Positions 36,151 through 50,370 of a stretch of 64,000 nt of DNA are shown here, piece by piece. This DNA comes from Ostrea edulis (lineage: Eukaryota). The first letter of the stretch is position 1. Each line of letters begins with the position of its first letter. The position numbers and the translations under genes were made by a program. The stretch covers positions 34,720,001 to 34,784,000 of the forward strand of contig NC_079172.1 in assembly GCF_947568905.1 (NCBI RefSeq), given 5' to 3'. Under the pieces are notes generated by a model. The model was not told where the DNA came from and did not search any database. It saw only the letters and a list, made by a program, of their open reading frames with translations.

Positions 36151-37086
36151 GTCAGATTAATCAATTAGTCGGATTAATGAATTAGTCAGATTAACAAATC
36201 TGGTCCGATTAGAGTTACACTGACAAACATGCCCAGATCTTTGTTCTAAATATTATTTGTTTCCTTTCAAGAGTAGATACATGTATTTAGAAATAAAATT
36301 CAGTTTTAAAAATACATGAGGGTATGAACTGCAACGCTTGACACTGGCATACTTCATGAAAGCCTATAATTAGCAACGTGAAACGTCACAGTTCAAAACC
36401 TCATGTACAGTTTATATTCAAAATTTGTTTCCCATATTTACTTTCTACTTTCCATCGGAATTCCCAGTCATTGAAATAGACATACAATATTTATCAAGAT
36501 TCATTCATATATTGTGCATTTATGAGGAAATAACTCTTGCACAATTTGTAAAAATAGCAAAGGCAAAAACTTCATGTGGTGGAAGTTTTATTCTTCCATT
36601 CGCATATTATAATTGGCTGGGTAGTATAAATTGCTATGCAATTAAGGACGATATTTTGGATTCTGCAATGGTAGCATCTTGCGATTTTACGCGAATATTG
36701 CTTTTAATCAGGGATCTGCTGTACATTAATGGTATGATGTGGTGTTTTTGTGGAGCTGTCTGTTGTCTGTATGTTCATTTGTCAGTGTCTAGTGGGAAGG
36801 ATAAAACTAGTACTACATGTAATAACATTACGATAGTCAAATTCTCCATGGTGAGAAAAGATGCTTGTAATTTCTCAAGTTCAAAAGTCAAGGCCATACT
36901 TTCATTCTGTAATTATGAAGTAGTGTAATAAGGCTAGGATCATGAAACTGGGTGTACATGTTCCCCATGATGGTAGTGAAAAGTATGTGTTGAATTATGT
37001 TTTAGTTATCAGTTTAACCGAACATCAATTATTCATAGAATAAAACATAAACACTTCATATACTCACCTACGCAAGTGCAAGAAAC

Positions 37087-37625
37087 TTTTTTTTTTTATT
37101 TTTTTTTGTTTTTTATTTCACTCAATCGACATACATTTGCACAAAAGTAGATACAAAAGAATATGAATATATTTAAACGTACATATATATATATCATAAT
37201 GTTCATTTTCTTTTTAAGAGAAAGAGAGGAGAGAGAGGAGGGAGTCAGTTGACTAATGGAGACCATTTTTCCCAGTCCGTTTTAAATTTATCTAATTCAT
37301 TTCTTTCCTTATAACTATCCTGACTGATTTGATACAATTGTTTGCAATCATTTATAAGGGCTTTAACTGTTAGCTGATTTTTTTGGCATCTATTCCTATA
37401 TATATATTTTTTGATTATTATAAGTAATGCATTGTATGAACTGAAATGTTTTTGTTTTGTGTCACCAAATATAAAAGTTTTGACATCAAATTCTATTTCA
37501 ATCTCCTTTGAATTGCAATATCTGATAAATTCTGATAATAATTGTTGTACTTTTGGACAATCCCAAAGTAAATGGTAAATTGTTTCGTCTTCCCTCTTGG
37601 GGTAGAGTAGATGTTGTTTATCGCA
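37087..37625 (-). mobile_element. 3' end of an L1/Tx1-group LINE with poly(A)
   Basis: ORF 37245-37631 contains EDETIYHLLWDC (remnant of the L1 C-terminal zinc knuckle) and ends ...KWSPLVN*; plus-strand poly(T) at 37087-37115. Confidence 0.75.
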
Positions 37626-37802
37626 AGACATGAAAACTTCCTGATATAGTGCAGATTCAAGTTTGTAAAAAAAAAAACAAGCCCCCGGAGATAGTTTGGG
37701 GCCACAGTAGGGATCGAAGTTTTACATGCGAATATGTTGGGAAAATCTTTAGATATGGGCCAAGGTGACTCCAGTGAGTGATGTGGCCCATGAGCCTCTT
37801 TC
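37626..37802. mobile_element. Cg170-like unit plus Helentron-type 3' end
   Basis: TTCCTGATATAGTGCAGATTCAAGTTTGT...GGGGCCACAGTAGGGATC matches 62720-62800; ends GTGAGTGATGTGGCCCATGAGCCTCTT. Confidence 0.65.
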
Positions 37803-37904
37803 TTTTCTTTAGGATGAAACAATTCAAATTGAATGAATGTTTTTTCAGGAATTATTATGGAAGTTCAAAATGTCATTAAGGACATTTCACTATGTCATTA
37901 CAAG

Positions 37905-39258
<1,354 letters not shown>

Positions 39259-39430
39259 GAACAGGGAACCAGTCAAACATGTGCTGAAGAACCAGTGGAG
39301 TAAAGAGCCTCGAATTCGTAAAAAGGCTTTGAAATCCAGTGCTGGATTCTGTGTATAGTGTTACATGTACGTGGCGACTGAATGCGAGGTCTAAGTTTGT
39401 GAGTGAGTGGACCGGTTGTTCCTTTATTAT

Positions 39431-39436
39431 AATAAA
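39431..39436 (+). promoter_or_regulatory. Probable COPS6 polyadenylation signal
   Basis: AATAAA ~170 nt after the stop, followed by a GT/T-rich tract. Confidence 0.6.
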
Positions 39437-40960
39437 TGTATGTGAAGCGGTGATTTTTTTCTTCTTTAATTTCTTATGAAACTGTTGTTAATATTTTTAT
39501 ATGTTCAACAGAATTGGATAATCATTTGAATTTAGGGCACTGCTTTTGAAGGGAGAACACGTTGCATACAGGTGCGGATCCTGGAAATTTCATGGGGGGG
39601 GGGGGGGGGGTCCATAGATGGTTCCCAAATTTATTCACATGAATAAGGGGAGGGAGTGTTTCAGTATCTAATTCCACTACCGTACAGTGCTTGATTCTCG
39701 AGCTTCGAACCTCGTTTGAAATCAGCCAACCGCTTGTTATGTAAGATACAGGTACGCATTCCTATAGAAAGACTCGAGTTCTGTTAACATGGTTAATCTC
39801 GTAACGGGCCGTGATTACCCTAACACTTCAACTCGTCAAGTGCGTTCTGCCTGTAACCGTACAAGATATGTCTGTATGCATGAAATCTGTGACAGTTTCT
39901 TGACAAATCTTAACAACTGCGCACCACTGAAGAGGGGCGGTCACGTGTACTTGGTCCTCATTATAGACACTGATTGACAGAGGAATTACAAATCTTTACT
40001 TCACAGCAGGAAAATTAAGCCCCTAAAGTCTCTCAATGAATTTTGAAGTCCTTAGCAAATAAATGCTATATGTCGAATCTTTATTTCTTTGAAAGGAAAA
40101 ATAAATGCATCTGTTGGAAACTTGTTTTAAATTACACTTTCTTTCCAAAGAAATTGAATTCGTTATAATACTCGAAAAGCACATTCAGAAGGCACTGAAG
40201 GAGTTAACGCAGAGTAAATGTATAATTTTGGGAAGCTTTATGTACAAAACTGGAGCTCTGTGTTGACAGCCTGATTATATTCATATCTCCATAGGTCCGC
40301 TTACATAGTTCGCTGTACTAGATACTCAAGATTATTATGTACAGCGCCCACAACCGCCACTTTTTGCGTTCTTCCTTCAAGAAAATTCGAAATTCACATG
40401 GACTAATTAAGTACTCAATGCTTTGTCTCTTACGGATACTTGACTTTCTGCATAGACACCTGATCAAGTCTGACTGACACCTGCTGCACAACCTTAAAAT
40501 CTCAGCCATAAAAGTGAAGTGGGCCATTCTGAACGGTGCTTAAAACTCCAAAACGAGTTGTTACCACCTGCAGAAAATTGATCACATCATCCCTACAGCA
40601 AAGATAACAGAAAAACTGATCGCATCATCCCTACAGCGAAGATAACACAAAAAAGCTTGCAAAAAATTATAAAACCAAATGTTCCAACCCGATGCGATTT
40701 TACAGATGGCGAGTCCGTTTTTTTTAGTGACTTTTTACTCGTCGCTCTTTGAAACTGAATGGTTTTATTGTCAAATTACGCGCGTACGCATAAAAGTGTG
40801 AAATATTGAAATTTAATCTAAAGTTGTAAAGATTAGGTAGTTGATAAAAAAAAAATGTGATCAGGGGTTTATCGTGGTTAGCAGATTATGGGTGATACCA
40901 CCGTGTGATGCCCGGCCGTCCTCCCGAGTCTAAGTGAAAATTTCTCTGTCTGTCTTACTG

Positions 40961-41053
40961 TCTGGGGTCTAGGGGACGGGGTTGCCAAACTCGCGATCGT
41001 AACCCCGAGTTTATTTATTTTGATACAACTCTCAGAGGACAATTTAACTGGTA
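40961..41053. repeat. 93-bp direct repeat, copy 1 (copy 2 at 42717-42809)
   Basis: TCTGGGGTCTA(G/T)GGGACGGGGTTGCCAAACTCGCGATCG...AATTTAACTGGTA; one mismatch between copies. Confidence 0.9.
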
Positions 41054-41099
41054 GGGTAGATTTGTAATACTGCTAGCGTACAGTAGGGTGAATATGTAC

Positions 41100-41650
41100 A
41101 TCCGTAGTACTTTCACTACACAATAGCATTGCGCGTTTAACATTTTCATTACAATAACAATACGTGTACAATATTTTTACTACAATAAGAATGCGTGTAC
41201 AGTATTTTCACTACAATAAGAATACGTGGGCGGTATTTTCACTACAATAAGAATACATCGACGGTATTTTCACTACAATAAGAATAGGTGTATAACATTT
41301 TCACTATAATAACAATACGTGTACAATATTTTCATTACAATAAGAATACATATACAATATTGTCACTACAATAAGAATACGTGGACGGTATTTTCACTAC
41401 TGTACAATATAAGAATACATGTACAGTATTTGTACTGTAATAAGAATACATATACAGTATTTTCACTACAATAAAAATACGTGGACGGTAGTACTTTCAC
41501 TACAATAAGAATACGTGGACGGTATTTTTACTACAATATAAGAGTACAGGTACAGTACTTTCACTACAATAAGAATACATGGACGGTATTTTCACTACAA
41601 TAAGAATACATGGACGGTATTTTCACTACAATAAGAATACGTGGACGGTA
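41100..41650. repeat. ~31-bp minisatellite
   Basis: Unit AATACGTGGACGGTATTTTCACTACAATAAG. Confidence 0.92.
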
Positions 41651-42302
41651 CTTGTACATGTACTCATAGATCTAATAAAATACTTCTGTGATTTTGGGCT
41701 TTTTTGTTTGTGTGAATTCTTTAGCCTTTACACACTTATTGTACGCTGTTATCTTAATTTTATGGTACCTGGGGACCAATACCTCCATTTAAACTTTTTA
41801 AAAGCTTAACCCCCTTCGTCTCTAATATTCCATTATACAGTGTATATTGTAATGAGTTATATCGTATCAAACTTAACATTGCTGTATGGCTTGCAGAGTT
41901 GTTCTGTATTGCCTTAAATTTGAAAAATGTATCTAAAGAGGAGTTGCAAATTAAATCTTTTTGCTTGCACTTTTGAATCCGTTAAGAATTGTTGGTATTT
42001 TGAATCGCATGTAAAACATGGTTAAACATTTTCAAAAATTTTGGCAAAATAGCGCAATGGTCGATGAAACCATAAAAATGCTGTAGATTAAATCTTTTTA
42101 GTTCATATTTACTTTTATTTACGAATTATCGATAAGAGGTTGTGATAATAGGAGTGTAAATCATTTTATTCAGGAGAGCGTTATTTACGCGTAATTTCGT
42201 GAGACAAGTTATTTATAGTGATCTACATACATAGAACAATTTATCATCTTGCAAGTAATGATTTGTTCTGATATGCATGTAATAATTAATCATATTAAAA
42301 GT

Positions 42303-42555
42303 AACAAGAGCTCCGCAATGCGGGACATATACCCTCGCAGTGAGTGTCTACAAGCTTTCTTATGAAATCACGTATTGACCTTTTGACCCCAAAATCAATT
42401 TGGTTCTTCCTCACTTGATAAAAAAGCTGCATGTGAAATATCAAATCAGTCAAACAAAATATGTGGCCCGTTTGGTGTCTATACAAGTTCAGTGTTGCAC
42501 ACCCACACACGAATGGTCCTGTTACTACATACCCTAAAGGAATTGTGAAGGATGA
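42303..42555. mobile_element. Short Helentron-type non-autonomous element
   Basis: Starts AACAAGAGCTCCGCAATGCGGG; one core unit (TGACCTTTTGACCCCAAAATCAAT) related to 29661-30169 and 61338-62643. Confidence 0.55.
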
Positions 42556-42716
42556 TATGTATGTCATAATTTATCATGCACAAGACGAACCCTTGGGTGT
42601 ACACTTAATTTAAAAAGGCTTATCAAACTAAAGGTATAAAATGTTACACAACTAAAGTGTTTGTGAAGTCTTTTTAAATTGTATGGATGGATCCAAGAGA
42701 AATGTACGAGATATGA

Positions 42717-42809
42717 TCTGGGGTCTATGGGACGGGGTTGCCAAACTCGCGATCGTAACCCCGAGTTTATTTATTTTGATACAACTCTCAGAGGACAATT
42801 TAACTGGTA
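42717..42809. repeat. 93-bp direct repeat, copy 2
   Basis: 92/93 identical to 40961-41053. Confidence 0.9.
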
Positions 42810-44641
42810 TTGTACGTACATGTACGTATATTCTGGACCCAGCAATCATGATTTCGAAATAACCCATTTAGAGCTTGGACTTTTAGAGGGCATATTCCTG
42901 TTCCTTTCCCTCGAAATACAATGCACTGGAAATATTATTTTGTATATGTTATAAAATGTATATAGCAGATTTGAGACTACACCTGTAAAAATAAATCGGA
43001 TACACACGCTTCTTTCTTGTTTCTATAGTATATAGGAGAGCGGAGAAAATAGGCGGCTAGATCGGGAATTGAACCAGGGACCCCCGCATTACTAGTCAGG
43101 CAACCACTGAGGTACCCAGGCCGATATCCACGGCCCGTACAGCGCTAATTACTATACTTCTAAACACCATTCATGTCCAACTGGTTTGCCACTCGCACCT
43201 CCCACCCTCTTAACTGTATGTACTAACGGAAGTCGTTGACGCATGCATACCTTTCTATATGGAGCGGTCGGAATCGCTGGGATCCAGACTTCTCTACAGA
43301 CCTGACCACAGCTATAGATTCATGGGTTCTAAGTTCAATCTCCAAAGTTGTTACATTTGGTGTTGTAATTTGCCCCTGGAACTGACAAATGACGTGTTGT
43401 CGTTTGGGGTGCAGACGTTAAGAAGAAAGAAATCTAACGGTCAACTCTGTAACTAGGATTTTTTAGGGCCGTCCTCCAACATCTACCCTTAGCGCACCGT
43501 CACTCACCTGAAAACATGCTAAGTAACATTCTACCCTCACCAATCACCCACCCCCGAATTTTACCGTGGTTTCTGTCGTCACGGTAACCTCTTGAGATAA
43601 CCTCCTTGTACAGAGGAACAGAGAGCGCTAAACACGGCCATTAATTCACTGATAATTTCTGTGATTAATTTTCACCTACTTCTAATTCCGTTCAGTGAGG
43701 TCCGCACGATTTTCATACTATCCCGTTATCTGACGAGAATAAACCACACGGTGGATTTCATTTATAATTTGAGATGCCAATACAAAATGTGGAGAATAAT
43801 TTGGGGGGAAAAATATTAAGAGATGTTCTTTTTTTATTAAGGAGTGTGCGAGATTGAAGATGATAAATTCACATTTTGTTTTAAAGAGATGATATCGTGA
43901 AATCTGTGGTTAAAGCACCATGTTATACAAATTACTTCAATTAAATACTAGCTTTGGAGGATGAGGGTGTGGAGAGGAGCTGTATACCTATTGGAGTATG
44001 CATATATAGTCCATCAAAGCGTGAAGGGAAACGCCGAATATTTTTTGTGAAATATTGAACAATAATTCACACACGGAATGGGATTTTAACACCTAAGTTT
44101 TTCTGTTATGCTTTGTTTAATTTCTAAACTAATATTATTTTTTCCCTCCATTTGAGAAGAAGGACAAAAATAGAATTCAGTCTTTTTCAACAATTCGCAC
44201 TGTAAAACTTGACCTACACACCTCAAAAGAAATTTGGACTAGAATATCAGAAATGTGCCTTCAATTGCAACTAATCCAATCGACGTCAGCTCTGAAGAGA
44301 CTGTGCTTGGTGAAGAATTTCATTGTTTAGAAAAATAAAACTTATCGCAGCTAGGACTAGTCTTGTTTTCCTGAATGACATTTGAAAACCTTTTCTAGCG
44401 AGTTCTGTGCAAGTTTGTTGAAATTTATCTATGGTCCGGGATTAACAGATTTAGCGTCTTGACGGTCCCCAGATTAATCAATCTATTTTGTTTAGATGCT
44501 GCGAGGACAACTATTTGATAACCACGAAGAAAGGGTCACTTTTTCTGCCGTTGGCGTGATATTCAAAAATCTGCTGATTGTGTGTACGGTTCTCTGACGG
44601 CAGATGCATTGTGTCCAACATATCATCACTGATGACTTAAT

Positions 44642-44806
44642 ATGGTAAAAAGCCCATTCAGGCGGGGGACTCTCATTGCGTGGACTATTTGCATCGTGTT
44701 GGTGTGGAGTGTTCGGGTGGTCGACTCGAAGCGAAAACAAAACAGGTGTATGCGGCATTATTTCGTTCACTCGATCGAACACCCTACAAAAAATTGTGAA
44801 AAGAAG
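44642..44806 (+). CDS. NDP: Norrin-like cystine-knot secreted ligand, coding exon 1 (signal peptide + N-terminus)
   Basis: MVKSPFRRGTLIAWTICIVLVWSVRVVDSKRKQNRCMRHYFVHSIEHPTKNCEKK; 165 nt; donor AAG|GTAAGA; probable upstream acceptor TTTTGTTTAG| at 44495. Confidence 0.9.
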
Positions 44807-44850
44807 GTAAGATGACTCTGATAGTATGTGAGGATGACAAAATATATGAG

Positions 44851-44855
<5 letters not shown>

Positions 44856-44926
<71 letters not shown>
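44856..44926. repeat. (AT)n microsatellite in the Norrin-like intron
   Basis: Pure AT run just after the donor. Confidence 0.95.
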
Positions 44927-44928
<2 letters not shown>

Positions 44929-45919
44929 GTGAAAATGCCTTAGAACATATATAACATAGTATACCATGTATAGGATAATGGCATATATAGTATAATTACA
45001 GTTGTATTTAAGTAGTGTATGAGAAGGAAATACTAGTGATAGGGAGTATAGGAAAATGACATAGTGCATGTACGTGAGAATGATATAGTATAATTATGAG
45101 ATGTATATTATTATGTATTAAGACCTATAGAAAAGTGACAGAGTACGAGATAGATTGATGGAGTAGGTTTTTAAGAATACTTCACTCATATCGAGACGAC
45201 AGTATCCATGGTATCGCTTAAGATTAGACCTCTGCTCCGGATCAATGCAATGATCTCGAGGATATGTTATAGAAACATGTATGAAGCCTCATCCAATAGA
45301 CTCGTGACTCCCACTTCTGACGCCAATCTGATAAAATTTAGCGAAGGAACATTCATGACAAGTCTCAGAATGTACCCGACCGGACGGGAAATTTAAATAT
45401 GCACCACAGTGTGAATGGTAATGAAATTTTATGTTTATACATTTAAGGATTACAGTGAAACCTGGGTAGTGGGGGAACCGCTTAAAGCTTTATAGTACGG
45501 TATTTAAGTGTTAAGAACGTCATTGTTTATTAATTAATTTGTACTTAGAAGATAATCCAGTTCCATTTAGCAGCTGTTAGCTGTATTTCATTGTGTAACT
45601 TTGTCAGGCCGCTGTATAATATCAGAAGACGCGGTGTTGTTTTTAGAGATTGTGAAATGTCAAATTCTACTTGTCAAACTTCTGTGATCAGGGGAGACAA
45701 TTCAGTCACGTTGTTCGTGATGGACCGTTGTAGATTTAGACAAGTGATTAAGTACCTTGCTTCGTATTATTCTAAACAACCCCGTGAATCGTTGAGGAAA
45801 TTACATACAAGTACTTTAGTGCGTTATATACCCTGGAAAGAACTGTCCCACGGTGACGTACAATGGTTCAGGGTGGCGTGCATGAGGCGGATTTAGGAAG
45901 TGAAAGTGTAAAGGTGGCT

Positions 45920-45920
<1 letters not shown>

Positions 45921-45989
<69 letters not shown>
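45921..45989. repeat. (GA)n microsatellite in the Norrin-like intron
   Basis: Pure GA run. Confidence 0.95.
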
Positions 45990-45992
<3 letters not shown>

Positions 45993-46189
45993 GGGACTTT
46001 TGAAACATAATCATTACGTGGTATAGTAGAACCATCTAAAAGTCTGGGTTCAGCATTTTGAAAATCCTAATCCCATCAAGTTTTAGAAGTATTTCACTAT
46101 TTGAAACAAACTAGAACTGTTGCATGCCTGGACCTATACGATCTGAGGGGCTACAAAGATATCAATAAACCCTTTGTCGGTGTATTTGT

Positions 46190-46600
46190 CACCTTTAACC
46201 TCCTTCTTTACCTTTAATATCAAATTCATCGCCTTCTCACCATCTTCAATCTGAGATTCAGCCCCTCATCACCTTTAATCTCAAAATCAGTCCCTCCTCA
46301 TCTTTAGCCTCAAATTCAGCGCCTCCTCATCACCTTTAATCTCAAACTCAGCGCCTCCTCATCACCTTTAATCTCAAACTCAGCGCCTCCTCCTCACCTT
46401 TAATCTCAAATTCAGCGCCTCCTCATCACCTTTAATCTCAAACTCAGCGCCTCCTCATCACCTTTAATCTCAAACTCAGCGCCTCCTCATCACCTTTAAT
46501 CTCAAACTCAGCGCCTCATCACCTTTAATCTCAAACTCAGCGCCTCATCATCACCTTTAATCTCAAATTCAGCCCCTCCTTACCTTTAATCTCAAAACCA
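46190..46600. repeat. 32-bp minisatellite in the Norrin-like intron
   Basis: Unit CTCATCACCTTTAATCTCAAACTCAGCGCCTC. Confidence 0.92.
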
Positions 46601-46856
46601 TTCTCCCTCTGCTTGGTAGGAAGAATAGCAATGTCAACTTTTATTTTTGATAATTTGCCTGTGAACTCTCCTTTCTGCCATTAATTATGATCATACTGTA
46701 GATTATCCTATACATTTTTGTATTTTACTCACTACAATATCAACCATATTAACTCCTACCCTTTCTACCTAAAGTAAAATCAGATTGTATGTAACCCTAT
46801 ACTGTACTCACTATATAATATCAACTATACCAACTCCTATCCTGTTTTTATTTCAG

Positions 46857-47087
46857 CATATCCTCTTGGCGCGGTGTAAAGGTTTCTGCACTAAGTCCAG
46901 GACAGAACCCCGGGTGACCTTTGGACCTGTCCTGTACCGACCTTTCAGCTACCATTGCAAGTGTTGTCGAGATTCTCTGTCCATCATGAAGGCCGTCAGA
47001 CTCAAATGTGAGAACGATCAATCTGTGTTCGCCACCTACCGGTATATCGTAAGATGCAAGTGCCGAAACTGTCATTTTAAAAGATAG
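46857..47087 (+). CDS. NDP: Norrin-like ligand, coding exon 2 (cystine knot)
   Basis: TTTATTTCAG| then HILLARCKGFCTKSRTEPRVTFGPVLYRPFSYHCKCCRDSLSIMKAVRLKCENDQSVFATYRYIVRCKCRNCHFKR*; Norrin signatures LLARC.G.C, CxCCR, KA.RL.C, ATYRYI..C.C..C. Confidence 0.93.
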   Translation, partial: HILLARCKGFCTKSRTEPRVTFGPVLYRPFSYHCKCCRDSLSIMKAVRLKCENDQSVFATYRYIVRCKCRNCHFKR

Positions 47088-47664
47088 TTCACGTAGGAGG
47101 ACATTATATCTCGTAAGGCCCGATTAAGTGAGGACGCCATGTACTTGTAACGCATAGTGACGTCACAAAATTACTACACGTGCAATAGGATTTTGAAATA
47201 TCGAAGGTTGTGATAGATAGTGCTCGGAAATGGCGAGAAGAGGTGGTGTCATAATGTTGTAATATATATTGCTTTGTCCTTTGGATACATTTAATTTTGA
47301 AGACAAGAGAAGGCATGGGATTATAAGGAAGAGGAGGCATTAGGGGGTTGCAGGTGGGACGGAGAGTGCCGCAGCCTGCAAGGAAAATATGAAAGTTCAT
47401 ATATACTGCTATCCATCGAATGTATTGTATAGTTTAATTCATCTGTTTGCATATTTAGATATGTGATTTAATTTATGTTGATTTACTTATTCACCGCCGT
47501 ATATTAAAGTTTGATATAATTACTTGCAAAACCTTACACAAGATTGTTAATTTATTTGTTATCAAAGATTTCCACTGATGAAGACTTTTTAAGAAGTGAC
47601 GAATTTTTCCCCCCACATATCTTAAAGGTTTGGCCGGCAAGAAGATGTTCCTTTGTAAATCACT

Positions 47665-48075
47665 TCAGTTTTTATCAACAGGTCTATCCCTCCTTAAATT
47701 ACCACATTAAATCACCTTGGCGTTGATCGACAGGTCTATCCCTCTTCAATCACCTTGGCGTTGATCGACAGTTCTATCCCTCCTTAAATAACCTTGGCGT
47801 TGATCATCAGGTCTATCCCTCCTTAAATAACCTCGGCGTTGATCATCAGGTCTATCCCTCCTTAAATAACCTCGGCGTTGATCATCAGGTCTATCCCTCC
47901 TTAAATAACCTCGGCGTTGATCATCAGGTCTATCCTTCCTTAAATAACCTCGGCATTGATAATCAGGTCTATCCCTCCTTAAATAACCTCGGCGTTGATC
48001 GACAGTTCTATCCTTTCTTAACTTCTTAAATCAACTCGGCGTTGATCGACAGGTCTATCTCTCGGCAAATTACCT
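47665..48075. repeat. 39-bp minisatellite
   Basis: Unit GTTGATCATCAGGTCTATCCCTCCTTAAATAACCTCGGC, ~10 copies. Confidence 0.92.
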
Positions 48076-49829
48076 CGGTCTTTATCGAGAAGCCTATTTA
48101 ATAGGCTTATTTGTCTGTAAATATTATTTGGATGTTCATCGACAATCTTATTCCTGACAAACTGTGATCTTAACCTTTGAATCCTCCCCTAACGGAATGA
48201 ATCTTGTCTATATGATGAAATCTATCAAATATACCATCGTTTTCATTATAACAAGTTATCATGATTAAAATCGTGAATATAAAATTTTCGTCTTCAAATA
48301 TTTTAGCTTAACTCCGATATAAATGAACATATCGCTGTACAGAAGTGTTAACACTTTAACAATAAGTGTACTGACAATTGACACTGACGAGAAACTTTTT
48401 AACAGTAAAATAAACCCAAAATACGCCAGGCATCTGCGAGGACACTTTACGTGCCAATCAGCCCGTTAACGGTGCATAATGCTTCTGGCAACAACTAATC
48501 ATATCTGATGTCAGACTTCACACAGCAAGACAATAAATGTCGGCTCACAATTGGCAGAAGAGCCCTCCATGATATTACAACGCGTGTCAAACTACCTTAA
48601 ATGATAAAGAAACCCCAAAAAATCAGCAATGTTATCTTGTGAAAGTCGTCCTGATGCTTGGAGGGTGGTTTATGATCCTAAAAAATCATTCATCCTGAAA
48701 TTATGTTTGATTCGTTTTATTTAAAAAAAAAAAAACCCAGAAAGAATATTGATATGGTTTGTACAACATATGCTCTCTCTAAGATAATCTCTAAATGCTT
48801 CTTTTTTATTTTGTGTATCAAATGGGTGCCACGAGTCGAGCATTTTATCGCTTTAAAATCACCATAAAAATAACGTTGAATTGACTTGTTTATAAAGTGT
48901 CAGAAATTTGTCATTTTCTCGTGTTATTTTCCAGTCGGTTTTGAAATACGGTGTATCCAACACAGAAATGTTGAACTCGATAAACCCCGGTCCAGTATGT
49001 ACATATTTATCATCGCATACAGGGTGTAAGGAATGAATACTATCACAGTGACTAGGAGGATGGCAGATTGATATGGCGGGTTTGAAAATAGTATTGAGGC
49101 GATAGACACAGAAAACTGCAATATTTCCCAAATACTTAGTAACCACGACACTAATTTTGTTGGTAGCATTAATTCAGATTCTAGATATTTCGCAAAACCC
49201 AGAATGAAAACTTGTTAATTGTTCATTTTTCCCAAATATTTGTGGAAATTTGTTGACATTTTTTCTTCTGAAAACTTGTAGAATAAATGTATGTTGTACA
49301 TGAAAAGTCAAAGACGCGCATGAACACCATTGGCGAAAATATAATACAAGTAACGCAGAAATTAGACCCCCATCCTGGGGTAAATTCCATGTTCCCGAAA
49401 ACACTTCACTATAGATTAATTACCAGTCCTAGACAGAGTGCCAAATGTGCAATTTTTCAGCTTCTTGGGTTCAATGTTTCAAACACAGACTATCCGGTCC
49501 CTTGGGTTCAAGTTTACAGAGTACCCTAAAGAAAGGCCACTGAAATTCAATTTCAAGGTCAATTGCACTGATCCATGATGTTTAAAGAGTCCATACGATA
49601 GTCTGGAGTGTAACCCATTTTAAGAATATAGAACCATGGGTGTCAACTCCACATTTTCAGATAGAGGGCCCTAGGGTTTAATATCCCAGTCCCAAATAGA
49701 GGGCCCTAGGATTTAATTTCCTCATGCCCAGTGAAGTGCTCATTGGGACATAGCACATACCACTTGGATCTGCAGACATGGACACCTTGCATTTAATTCA
49801 CCATCCCCAGATAAAGGTCTCTTACCAGT

Positions 49830-50370
49830 TCCTAGATACCGATCCCCGACTTATAATTACCGGTCCCAAATACAGATCCCCGACTCATAATTAACCGTTC
49901 ATAGACTTATAATTTACCCGTCCCTGGCTTTTAATTTACTGGTCCCTGGGATATAATATACCAGTTCCTTGGTTAAAACTTACTGGTCCTAGATACAGGT
50001 TCCCGACTTATAATTTACTGGTCTGAGATACAGGTCCCCGACTCACAATTTACCGATCTGAGATACAGGTCCCCGACTTATAATTTACCGTTCCGAGATA
50101 CAGGTCCCCAACTTATAATTTACCGTTCCGAGATACAGGTCCCCAACTTATAATTTACCGTTCCGAGATACAGGTCCCCAACTTATAATTTACCGACCGG
50201 TCCCTGGCTTATAATAGATACAGGTCTCCGACTTAAAATTTACCGGTCTGAGATACAGGTCTCCGACTCAATTTTCAGTTTCCTTACTTATAATTTACCA
50301 GTCCCTAGCTTATAATTTACTGGTTCGAGATACAGGTCCCTGACTTATGATTTACTGGTCTGAGATACTG
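49830..50370. repeat. ~35-bp minisatellite
   Basis: Unit TATAATTTACCGTTCCGAGATACAGGTCCCCAACT with variants. Confidence 0.88.
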
